Notes: generated from the letters alone by a model not told the origin. DNA of 64,000 nucleotides from Curvularia clavata (GCA_023920165.1 CP089279.1:558001-622000), one strand, 5' to 3'; numbered from the stretch's first letter, positions 11,804-22,671 are shown. Made by a program: numbers and translations.

Positions 11804-13473
11804 TCATGGGACCGTCGATGCTGGCCGCTCATAAGGTGTGGATGGCTGGGGTGGGGAAGGCATAGTTGATCTGCGGTCTCCGTCTTCGGGATCGCGTTTC
11901 AGGCTCTTGATGCTACCCGCGGCACTGTGCTGTGACATTCTGTCCGGGCTCCTCATATCGTGACTTCGTAGATCCGATGGGTCGGATCTTGGCGGGCCTG
12001 CTGCAGGTGCTGATGCTGACGACGCAGTCTCGTCGTCTTGCTGCCGCCGCCGTTGGTACAGCTCCATGTAGCTAAGCCCTTCGCCCTCTCTCTTCATCGA
12101 CCCCGCCATGTCGGGCACAGGCGCCGTCCTGGCACCGCTGACTAAGTCTTCTTCAGATCGTAGTTGGATCTGTGGGAGCGGCTGGCCTAGTTGCGGAGGC
12201 ACACTCGATCGGGAACGAGTGTCTGCCCGCCGCCTACTAAAAGAGCTGTTTCGCCTGCGCCCAATGCCACCATTACCGCCACCAGCGCTGGAGCCACTGT
12301 CTGTGCGGTGGTGGTAGCCGTGTATGGGGCCTTGAGGCATAGGCGGAGGAGGTGCCTGGTGAAGCTGAGGGGGCATCGGCGGTGGGTTCGGCATCAGCTG
12401 GGCGGCGTTTGCGGGAGTAAAGCCATGTGGTGCAGACGCAGGTATGACAGGCACTTGAGAAGGCGAGCTCATGCCTGTTCCCGTTGCAGATGGGTGGAGC
12501 TGAAACACTGGCGCGTTGGCGCGCGCGCTCATCTCTTGCTCCCCCAGCTGCCAGTGCATCGACTCGGCAGAACGCCAGGGAATACCCATCTCTGTAGCAA
12601 CCTTCTGCCACATTTGGTCCTTGAATCTATTTGCCAGAAAAAATCGTCAGTATTTGTTTTTGTTGCCCTTGTGCTGTCGCACGTCTGTGTGAGACTGGTC
12701 TCGTGCGGCCAGCCCGAGAGTGAACAAACACCAAAATCAATGATTGCAGTCTCGGGCCGTCCAAAAGAAACTCGTGTCTTTCCGCCTTGTAGTACGTACC
12801 GAGCATAGAGTCGCGCAAGCTTATTCTTCTTTTCTTCGTCCCAGATGGCCCGCTTTTCCAGGTAATTTTGGTATCGCAGCCGGCACGAGATGGAGCTTCG
12901 TCCAGGTAGTCGCTTCGCAATGTCGTCCCACTTCATTCCCTGGCCCCGCAGTTCAATGGTCAGGTTGTCCTCCTCGGGGGTCCATTTCGACTGTTTCTTC
13001 GCTGGGCTCTCGTCGGGGAGTGGGGTTTGGGAAGCCTGGCGCTTCAGTGTTGATGGGGGAGAAACATTAGTGCCGGCTGGGCTGTTGTGGATGGGCGCGG
13101 ATCCATGGGGTCCGGAATAGAGTTGTCGAAACTGTGGAAGTGCTGGATCATTACGTCGGTGTAGCTCTGAGATTGCAGGTAGAACAGGACCTCCAAGCAT
13201 TGGTGCAGATCCCTTGGGAGCCGATGTGGGTGCCTGGGGAGGGTAGGCAGCCATGGGAGCATAGTGTTGAGGTGCTGTTGCGTAACCACCGGGAGATCCA
13301 GTAGCATAGGCGGGGGATGCCCTTTGGGCGGGGGATTGTGTGTACGCTGACGGTGCCGTGGTGTATCCTCGTGTGGCTCCTGTTGAGTGAGATGCGTTGG
13401 ACACTGAGCTCTTCTTGCTAGCCGGTGACTCGGAGCCCCGCGCTCGGGGCTCGAGAAGAAGATTGATATCCAG
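11804..13473 (-). CDS. Myb/SANT-domain transcription factor; exons 13473-12800 and 12626-11804; start proposed at CUG 13473 (first in-frame AUG is 13254)
   Basis: Myb repeat KQSKWTPEEDNLTIELRGQGMKWDDIAKRLPGRSSISCRLRYQNYL is followed across intron 12799-12627 (GTACGT..CTGAC..TAG) by WDEEKKNKLARLYAR|FKDQMWQKVATEMGIPWRSAESMHW. The gene is secure; the start codon is inferred. Confidence 0.88.
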
Positions 13474-15861
13474 GGTGAACGAAAAGGACCAGCGTCAAGC
13501 CAGCCCATAAAACAGTAGTCGAGTTCGTTTACGTCTCCAAATTCCACCTAGATTCCAAGATTCCCGACGACGAGTAGGCTCCTGGTAGTTGGCGGCGGTA
13601 AGTAAGGAGATCGAAAGAGCCAAGTCCTAGCGGCGGGGTGTTTAAGCAGATGAGGGCGACGACTATCTGCAGAGATGTGTTTGTGTGTATGTAAGGTGAG
13701 TGACGTTGATGGTAAACAACAACGATGACGAAGGGGGGTGGGCGGGAGATGAACAGGAGAGGACAGGCGTGGGAGAGGGAGTGAGGTTCGGATAGACTAA
13801 ATGTGCCGAAGAGGGAACCAAGTAGCCAGTTGCAAAGTACTTTGGATGATTCACGCTCTGAATGGTCGATCGAAGTCGAGCTATTTGGGAGATGGGTCGG
13901 GGCCCGGGGAGCAGGGGGTGAAACAGGCCAACCACCTGGTCTGATGAAAGATGGTCGTGCTGAGCCACTGACTTTTGCAGGTCGAGCAGGTCGGGGAGGA
14001 TAGCGTTGGAGGGATGGTGGATGCGGTCTGGTAGGAGCAAAGTAGGGTCTGAGGGTCTAAGGTACTTTGTCGAGCGAGCATGGGTGCAAATAGAGAGAGT
14101 TAGCGTACGACTGTAATGCTAATAACAGGCATCCTTGCAAGGCCCTGGCTGGCGCCGCATCATCGTCCGCGGTAGGGATAGGGATTCCGGGGGCTTGGGA
14201 TCAGGATGTACCCTTTGCGTCTGTGACTTGACTGACTACGCTGTGCGCTTGACGCCTTGTCGACTCGTGCTGGCGGCGCGCCACATTAACGACCCACAGA
14301 CCACGACGACACCCAAGCTGATCTGATCTAGGGAAGCATGTCTGCCGGAGATTTTAGCGAGCGCCCAAGAAGAAAAAGGACACACGCTCCACGCTCCCCC
14401 CCTCTTACTCAAATTGCAGCTAGCTAGCAGTTGGCTGCTAGTTGCTAGCCTGACACAAGAAGCACGACACCCGTTCTCGCTGGCAGCGGCGCTAGGATGA
14501 CGTGTCTTGATGGTGTTTCTACGTCTTGCTCTGCCCTTCTCTCGCGCAGCTCCTTTTTTTTGCTCGCCCTGCCCTACTGCTCCGCTGCCCTGATCCCAAG
14601 CTTGAGCCGCCGTTGACGACCAGCCGTCACCGCAGCCCTCCTCCAATCGTGGTGACGGCTTCGTATTTTGGCACGCCCCAGACGGTCGGCGCCGGATGTC
14701 ATTTGCTGCCCTCTTGTTTCGTCAGGCCTCAATGCGCGTGCCCAAGACAGGGCTGGCGGCGAGGGCGGCGAGGGCGACAGCGGCGTTTGCAGAGCAACAA
14801 GAGAGCATCGGCTACAAAGCCACCTCTAGGTCACGATCGTCGACAGCACTGCTGGCCAAGGCAGCGAATCAAGCCCAACACAAGCGGTGAACAGCCTCAG
14901 GGATTCGCGCAGACGGTTCGGGTTCGGAGAGCACAAGCGCCATGACATGGAAGATCTGCAGCATGCTCGCCCTGCTCCGGCTATCTGTGACGCCAGGCGC
15001 GTCGCTACCGAAAGCCTTGCGAACGGCTGACTGACTTCATTGTAGCGGTGCATATTTGGTGATGTGTTCACGCCAAAGGGCTGCCAACGGCCACACTGGC
15101 TCCACGTCCTGCAATATCTGCCTCGACGGCTCCGGTCAAGCCCCCCCACTGTGGGCGCCGGGCGATCCATTGGAAAGCATGCCATGCACAGCACAGAGGA
15201 GCGGTGAACTGCGGTGAACTGCCGGCCACGGGCGTGACGTCTAGCTCGCTCGGATGGGGCCCTGGGGCTCTTCGCCGTCGTTGCCTCTCGGCCTGATCCG
15301 TATTCGATTTGCTGTTGTGCTGGCCTTGTGTTTGCCCGAGAGCCACGTTGTATGCCGTATACATTGACTCCCCCATGATGAGGCGCGGCCCTGCCAGGTC
15401 ATCTCTGCGTGCGCCGCGCTGCCAGGCAACCCGTCAGCGCTGTCTAATTGCATCACTGCTTCGCCGTGGCAAGGGTTCTAATGATGCACATGGAAGCGGT
15501 GAGGACTGCCTGAATCCGTGCATGCGTTGTTCCATGCTACTATTCGAGTGAGGTTGGATAGAGCACGCCCCCTCACCCCCCTCCACGCCCCTCCTCTCGG
15601 TCAGTTAGACGTGCATTAGCCATGAACACTGTCCCCGTGCGTCCGTGAACGCTCGAGTCAATCGAAAGCGAAAAAAGGGCTTTTTATCGGCGATACAGTA
15701 AGGCAACCCGATTCCCCTCCCCCCCAAAGGGCGATACGTGTTCGGCATTGCCATGATGGGGTTTCTCCTTGGAGGTCGCCGTCTGGATCCGCAAATGCCT
15801 TTCTGCGCCGACGTCTGCGTCCATGGTGTCACAGCCTCCACGTCCCTTGGTTTCTGCATAC

Positions 15862-15898
15862 GCCGGCCGGCCGGCCGGCCGGTCGGCTGGCTGGCTGC
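15862..15898. repeat. GC-rich (GCCG)n/(GCTG)n microsatellite, partly palindromic
   Basis: gccggccggccggccggccggtcggctggctggctgc in the Myb-TBCB divergent intergenic region. Confidence 0.8.
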
Positions 15899-16702
15899 TT
15901 AGCTAGACGCGGGTGCACACATCAATTTATAGGTGCAAGTGCGGGCGCAGCACCACCGTCTTATCCCATCTCGACATGTGTAGAGGGCCTACGCATTGCA
16001 TCCAAGAAGCGGTGAGACGAGCAAAGGGGCTGGGTGCAAGCGCTGGCTGCTTGTCCACCATAGCCCCATTGGCGTGGCGCGCTCATCTTGTGGCAGAGAA
16101 GTAGTAAGACGTGCGATCCGCCGGCGGCTCTCGCTCGCTGTGTGCCTGTGTGCAAGATTGTGCTGTGTCTTGGCTGAGCGATGATGCTTTCATTTGGCGC
16201 GCGTTCCTCGACGGCTGAGGGACAAGTGACCTGCGCAGAGACATAATTGCCAACGCATGGCGCGGGATCGCCACTGCAGCTCCCACGGTGACGAGTGGAA
16301 TGATTGTGAGCGCGTGGGGTTGACGTGGGCAACGGGCGTTCGTCATGTGTTCTGCGACATTCACTGCAGTTGGAGTCGTGGGGCTTGGCGCTCGCTTGAC
16401 ATGCCCTATCAGGGCAACAACAGCCCTATCCAGTGCCTCTGGCCGGCACAACTCCAACTCATCTCCAGCCAGCCCGCATACCGAGCGGGTCACCTGTCAG
16501 GACTAGACAAGTCATCGTTTGCCGGCGTGGGTTCACTCGCTGCTGCAGGGCTGCTGAGCTACGCGGCGGCCCTATCGCATAACCGCTCCTAGCCTTCTTC
16601 GCAACCATTGGCGCTCCCATCACGGCACCACCTCCAGCAAAGGAAATTCATCTCGCTCTGCTAACTCTGCACTCTCGCCTGCCGGCTAGCTCGCTGCCCA
16701 TC

Positions 16703-19128
16703 ATGTCTTTCCAGGCCGCGGCAGACGTGCCACTCCTCATTAGCTCGCCAAACTCGTCGTCTGAACGCCGCATCTCCCCCTCGTGGTCCATCGCCCATCT
16801 CAAGACACGCCTTGAGCCCATTACGGGCATCCCGGCCGCCTGCCAGCAGTTGTCCTTGCGCGTTGCATCACAGGATCCCGTTGCTCTCGCGGCCTCAGAT
16901 GAAGAAAACACGCAGCTTGCTGCCTTTCCACTGCAGCCGTATGCGGAGATAGCCGTAAGTGCTTCTTCTTCTTATTTACTATCCAGCCCTGTCCTGGACC
17001 AGTTTGAAATGCGGTCCTCTCGAAAGCTGCCACATCTCCTTGCTCTCTCATTCCTCCCGGCTTGGCTTCATACTCCCCTTGAAACTGCTCTACTTACTCA
17101 GTAGGTGCATGCACTGTGTCTTCTCCCCTCTTATTCGCCGCCTACGTACATTGTGTCATGTCCGCATATCCTGTCTTGCCCCGCTATGCACTTTCAATCT
17201 TTGTCAGCCTGCCTATGGTCCAAAACCCATGCTTCGGCTCCTCCGCTATCGCCTGCTCACCCTGAAGCACGGAGCTTTGGATGCTGAGCAGCGCGCGTCT
17301 CCCTGTCTTCATGCTCATCCTCCTGTCCTTTCTTCTCTTATTCTTTCTCTCCTTTTCTTTTTTCCTCGGCGAATCGGGCTTATTGCGCTTTCTCATCTTG
17401 CTGCATGACGCGACCCCTGCACCTACCGTTCAGCTTCATGGTTCTTCTGACAGGGCTATCCGAACAAATCATTGCTCATACATGTGCACTTGTGTTGACA
17501 TGCAATCTATAGGTTGTAGACACGCGCCCTCCCGGTGCACGTATAGACTTCAATGACCTGTCAGCCGTTGAGAAGTATGAAATGCCAGTCGCAGAGTACG
17601 AGCATCGGACCGATAGTGTCCTTGCATGGAAGAAGGCTCAGAAGCTTGGACGATTCGATCCTAATGCTCCTAGCATAGAACAACAAAAGATCCGCGCCTC
17701 TGAGCGTGAAGTAGAGGAGAGAGGTAAGCGCAGCACTCTTTTTCTTTTTTGCATGTTTCAGGCCACACAAACTCGTACGATTGTGGCGACTCTGCTTTGA
17801 AAAAGCAAGTCTGGGAACTTCCATTTTGGCGGGCGACTGCTTGTGCTCAGCCTTTGTCGTTGGAGCAGATGGGACGAACATGCTTCAAACCGTTTACAAG
17901 CCGGCTGCAAATATCCGATTCCGTGGCTCCGTCATAGACAGGTCGCCTCCACGTTGCAGGTTTCATCTTGTCATGAACCATCGACCAGGACGCATGCATG
18001 TCAGACAGCCTGTTTTCTCAAAGCTGACGCCGTCTCACCGAACGCGTCGTACATTGCTACTCTTTTCAGCATGCTGCATGGGGCCCTGGACCCTGTTTGC
18101 CAGGGACCAAACGACAAATACGACTGCGTCTAGACCATTCAATCGACAAAGCACACCTCGAGACAAACACATTCCAAGTTTCGGTATGCTCAATGAGATC
18201 ATTTGCAGCTCTCTCGCTTTAATAATCCCGCCTCGTCTCGCTACCCGTCCCGCTGGGAACTAGGCATCGGGATCGGGAGCCCCGAAACTCAATTCAATCT
18301 TGAACCTGCCAGCCTCATACTCGAGCTTCTCGAGTCTATGAGAAGTTGAATGTCTCAGGCACAGGATCACAGCGAGCGAGTAGTAAGGCTCGTATCAGTT
18401 GACAGGCTAGAGCCTGGAAGCCTTTATGAAGAAAGTGTGTCGCCTGTGCGTTTTCATAACGAACGCCCCATACATCTCAAAAAGACTCGTGCATTACGGC
18501 CTCGCCTGGGAATCCCGTCGGTACGCTTATAGACTGTCGATTACCGACCGCTTCCCCATTTGCATCTCTCGGCCCCTCGCAACACGGCGCTTCCTACATG
18601 TAATCTCCGTGTCAGAGGCAGGTTGGCGACCCAGACCTGCACAACCCGAATCAGTTGCCCAGAGGCATCTCGCTTGATCATCATCTTCACGATTTGGTAT
18701 TTTAACTTCACTATTGGAACGAACTGCATTGGGGGTTGTTGCATGACGCGAGCTCCACCCTTTTTCTCGCTACTGATCAGCAGATCTGGACATACGCTTT
18801 ACTGACTGACCCACACCAATACTTGGAAAGCGATCGCTAACAGATCCTACTAGGTCTGTCAGTATCGAGTCGTGTTCGCCTGCTTCCCGAATCCGACGCA
18901 CGTCGTGGTACAATTTCATACATTGGATTGGTGCCCGAAATTCCCGGCATTGGCGTGTGGGTCGGCGTCACTCTTGATGAGCCGACAGGCAAGAATGATG
19001 GCACAGTCAAGGGCAAGCGATACTTTGAATGCGGCAACAACTATGGCGTGTTTGTGCGCCCTGAGCGATGCGAGGCTGGGGATTTCCCACCGCTCGACAT
19101 GGGTGACGAAGATCTCGAGGAATTGTAA
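16703..19128 (+). CDS. TBCB: Tubulin-folding cofactor B (Alp11/TBCB); exons 16703-16954, 17513-17723, 18854-19128 (245 aa)
   Basis: N-terminal ubiquitin-like domain (ERRISPSWSIAHLKTRLEPITGIP), middle VEKYEMPVAEYEHRTDSVLAWKKAQKLGRF, CAP-Gly with WVGVTLDEPTGKNDG, and acidic tail EEL. Introns 16955-17512 and 17724-18853 restore the frame. Confidence 0.92.
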
Positions 19129-19468
19129 CGTGCGTGATAACCTTCTGATCACGCTACGAGGCAATAAGATTATCTCGATATTATGTCGCGGGTGTGTTCC
19201 CTGTACGACACGGACACTTAATATCGAAATTTATACATGTGCAAAGACGACATGCGTTCTCCGCATGTACATAACAAATGCCTGAACCTCGTCAATGATA
19301 GCAATGTAGCATTGCGTGCATTCTACGGGAATCATACGTTGCGTTTTAGTAGCACAATCATTCATTTTGTGAAACGACGACAGAAATTCCAAGCCTTGAG
19401 ATTTTGTCACCAAATCTCTACAGCTCACACCATCAGCTCGCACACCACATGCTAGCCTAACCATCCAA

Positions 19469-20950
19469 CTACAATGGCAAGACCCACTCGCCCTCATTCT
19501 TTGGTTTCGCCAAGCTACTCTGATCCCTCTTGACAAACTGCCCATATCCCTTCTCACCCACCAGCCCCCCATTATCTCTGTCCCAAACCACCTTCCCCCT
19601 CAAAACCGTATATCTTGGCCACTGCGTCAGCCGCCGCCCTTCAAATGGCGTATAATCCACATCATGATGCAGCATATCGTTCGTCAATAGAAACGGCTGC
19701 ATCTTGCCCTCAGGATACCAAACATTAATATCCGCATCCGACACACCTTCCTTCAGCGCCCCCTTTCTCGGATAAAGCCCATACAGCTTCGCCGGATTGG
19801 CCGATGTCAACTCCACGAACTTTGTGAGCTTAAGTCGCTGCTCGCTGAGTACAAGCGCGAGTCTCGTTTCTATGCCCGGACAACCATTGGGAATGTATTT
19901 GAAATGTCCGTTGGGAAACTCAGGCGAGATGCTGGATTTCTTGCCTGTGGCGCTGTCGTCGTAGCGGAAGGGACAGTGGTCAGATGAGAGGATGGTAAAG
20001 GTGCCGTTTTGCAGTCCGGTCCAGATGACGTCGCAGTCTGCCTCTGTCGCGCGTGGTGGCGGCGAACACACGCATTTTGCGCCTTCGAAACCGGGTTGAT
20101 CAAGGGAGCGCGCGGTCAGGAAGAGGTATTGTGGACAGGTTTCCGCGTAGATGGGGAGACCACGGTCCTGCGCTGCTTTGATATGTGCGGTTGCAGCTGG
20201 AGTGGAAACGTGTACGATGAGGATGGGGGCGTCCATGAATTCGGAGAGGCTGATGGCACGGTAGGTAGCTTCTGTTTCGGCCATGGGAGGATGCGAAGAA
20301 CCGTGGTATTTTGGGGCAAAGAGTTTCTGTTTCTCGAGCTGTGCCGTCATCCAGTCAATTACTTGGCCATTTTCGGCGTGGATCATGGTCGTGATGCCTT
20401 GTCTTCGCGCTTCGAGGAGTACGTCGAGGATTTGGCCGTCGTGCAGCTGGAGGGCCTCGTACGTCATGTAGATTTTCAGAGAAGAAATGCCTTCGGAGCG
20501 GAGGGTTTTGAATTCTGAGAGTGCTTTTTCAGAGGGATTGCCAACAAGCAGGTGGAAGGAGTAATCGATGTAGCAATTGTCTTTTGCCCGCTCGTGAGTC
20601 GCTGCTAACGTATCGAGAAGCGTGTCTTCAGTCTTCTTTTGCGGAGCAAACGTGACCATGGTTGTTGTGCCACCGCATACAGCTGATCGACTGCCTGTCT
20701 CGTAGTTGTCTGCTGTTGACCCTTTGCCAAATAATGGAGGCTCTTGGAGATGGACATGGGCATCGACACCTCCAGGCATCACGTATCCGCCCTCGGCATC
20801 TATTGTCTTTGCTGCATTTGTATTCTTAAAGCCCCCTCTTGGAGCCACCTTTGCAATCTTCTCATCCTTGATGGCGATATCCAGCTCTTGAGTATCGGTC
20901 TCGGAAACCACTATTCCATTGATGATGAGCAAATCATATTCGGTCGCCAT
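19469..20950 (-). CDS. Dihydropyrimidinase / D-hydantoinase (amidohydrolase superfamily), intronless
   Basis: MPGGVDAHVH metal motif, SLKIYMTY carboxylated Lys, IHAENG, IVHVS, ETCPQYL, SSDHCPF and NPAKLYGL. Confidence 0.93.
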   Translation of the reverse strand: MATEYDLLIINGIVVSETDTQELDIAIKDEKIAKVAPRGGFKNTNAAKTIDAEGGYVMPGGVDAHVHLQEPPLFGKGSTADNYETGSRSAVCGGTTTMVTFAPQKKTEDTLLDTLAATHERAKDNCYIDYSFHLLVGNPSEKALSEFKTLRSEGISSLKIYMTYEALQLHDGQILDVLLEARRQGITTMIHAENGQVIDWMTAQLEKQKLFAPKYHGSSHPPMAETEATYRAISLSEFMDAPILIVHVSTPAATAHIKAAQDRGLPIYAETCPQYLFLTARSLDQPGFEGAKCVCSPPPRATEADCDVIWTGLQNGTFTILSSDHCPFRYDDSATGKKSSISPEFPNGHFKYIPNGCPGIETRLALVLSEQRLKLTKFVELTSANPAKLYGLYPRKGALKEGVSDADINVWYPEGKMQPFLLTNDMLHHDVDYTPFEGRRLTQWPRYTVLRGKVVWDRDNGGLVGEKGYGQFVKRDQSSLAKPKNEGEWVLPL

Positions 20951-21315
20951 TGGGTTTTAGCGTTTCTTCTAATCCTTGAACCAAACGACAAGAGAAATTT
21001 AATTGATAGAAACGTTTGCAGATTCATATTGCCGGCTTCATGGTAATGACAAGGGTACTAGTCCAGGATAGTGAGGTGCGTATCTTAACCCCTCACTGGC
21101 ACTGCCCCACCTGCCATCCCCTCGTCTTCCGTGTCTTATCAGCGGGTCGGCGCATGTTCACGGATTCGAGTGACAAAGGCATATCCAGGGGTTTTGTACA
21201 GTCATAAACTGTTGTCATACTAACAAATAAGCGCTATTTGGGAGTTATACACTGGTAAGAGCTCAGTCACCATTATATATCTCCTGTTAAGCCACAACAC
21301 CACCAAGTCTGTACA

Positions 21316-22671
21316 ATGGCTGGAATGACATACGAATCACTCAAGATCAATGGGGACAGGCTAAATAGTACGCTGCAAGATACCTGCACGCAATATGGTG
21401 CTCTTGCAGCTCCTTCAACGGGCATGTGCCGTCTTACCCTTACCCAAGAAGACAAAGCTGCCAGAGACTGGTTAGTCGCCGAATGCAAGAGCCTAGGATG
21501 CGAAGTCAAGGTGGACCAAATGGGGAACATCTTTGCCATACGTGCAGGCACAGCAAAGGACAAAAAACCAATTGGTATGGGCAGCCATATGGATACCCAG
21601 CCTGCAGGTGGGAGGTATTAACGTATTCCAGCCTACTGAAAATTGGATCAAGAAGACCGCTGACTTGGATATAGATACGATGGCATTTTGGGTGTACAAG
21701 CCGCGCTCGAGGTCCTACGTATCTTGCATGAAAATAATATCTCAACCCACTGTCCTCTTGCACTAGTAAACTGGACCAACGAAGAAGGCGCCCGTTTCCC
21801 AGGCGCCATGATGTCCTCTGGCGTCTGGAGCGAACACTCATCTACCCCTTTATCTGCCTGCTGGGCCATCCAAGACAATGCTGGCATCAAGCTCAAAGAC
21901 GCCTTGCAAGAAATCAACTACCTGGGCGAGACGCCCTGCTCCTATCAGGAGAACGGCCTAGAGTGCCATTTTGAACTGCACATCGAGCAAGGCCCTCTAC
22001 TAGAGCGCGAGGGAAAAACCGTCGGTGTCGTTCAAAGCGTCCAAGGCATGAAATGGTACGCCATCCGCGTGCTAGGTAGAGAAGGCCATTCGGGAACGAC
22101 GCCTATGCCCGACCGATCAGATGCACTCGTTACGGCTTCTCGTCTCATCACCGCCGTGCGCGATACAGCACACCAGACAGGCTTGGGCGTTGCTACAGTC
22201 GGCGTTATAAACAGTGACACCGCATCCCAAGCCACCATTCCTGCAGGCGTCAATTTCATCATCGACATCCGCTGCTCAACTGACGACCTCGTGGAGCAGC
22301 TCTCAACTGCAATCTTCGCTGCATTTGACGCTATCATTGCGCAAGAAGCAAACCAAACATCCTACCAAGTGCAACGTACATGGGGTTTACCCGAATCAAA
22401 GTTCCATCCCCATTGTATCGACGCAGTGCGCAGTGCTGCTGTCAAACTAGTAGGCGACGATCAAGTCATGAACATGATGAGTCGAGCGGGACATGATAGC
22501 GCGTGGACGAGTCGCGTCGTTCCTACGAGCATGATCTTTGTACCTAGTAGAGCAGGCATCAGCCACAATCCAGAGGAATACACGAGTCCCGAGCACTGTG
22601 CACTGGGGGCCCAGGTGCTGCTTGATGCTGTGCTCGAGTATGATGGCAAGGTTGCAAAAGGCGAGTATTGA
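21316..22671 (+). CDS. Beta-ureidopropionase / N-carbamoyl-amino-acid hydrolase (M20, hydantoinase/carbamoylase family); exons 21316-21614, 21675-22671
   Basis: GSHMDTQPAGGR|YDGILGV, NWTNEEGARFP, ELHIEQGP, HSGTTPM, AGHDS and SHNPEE. The intron is 60 nt. Confidence 0.93.

Noticed and set aside
18172..18828. Long-range 8-9 bp complements in TBCB intron 2 (TTCCAAGT/ACTTGGAA; GCTGCAAAT/ATTTGCAGC)
   Set aside because: Several matches of this length are expected by chance in 1.1 kb and these two cross each other, so they were not used as evidence.
4694..18853. Telomerase RNA in the large non-coding gaps or long introns
   Set aside because: No TAACCCTAA/TTAGGGTTA-type template found on either strand by eye.
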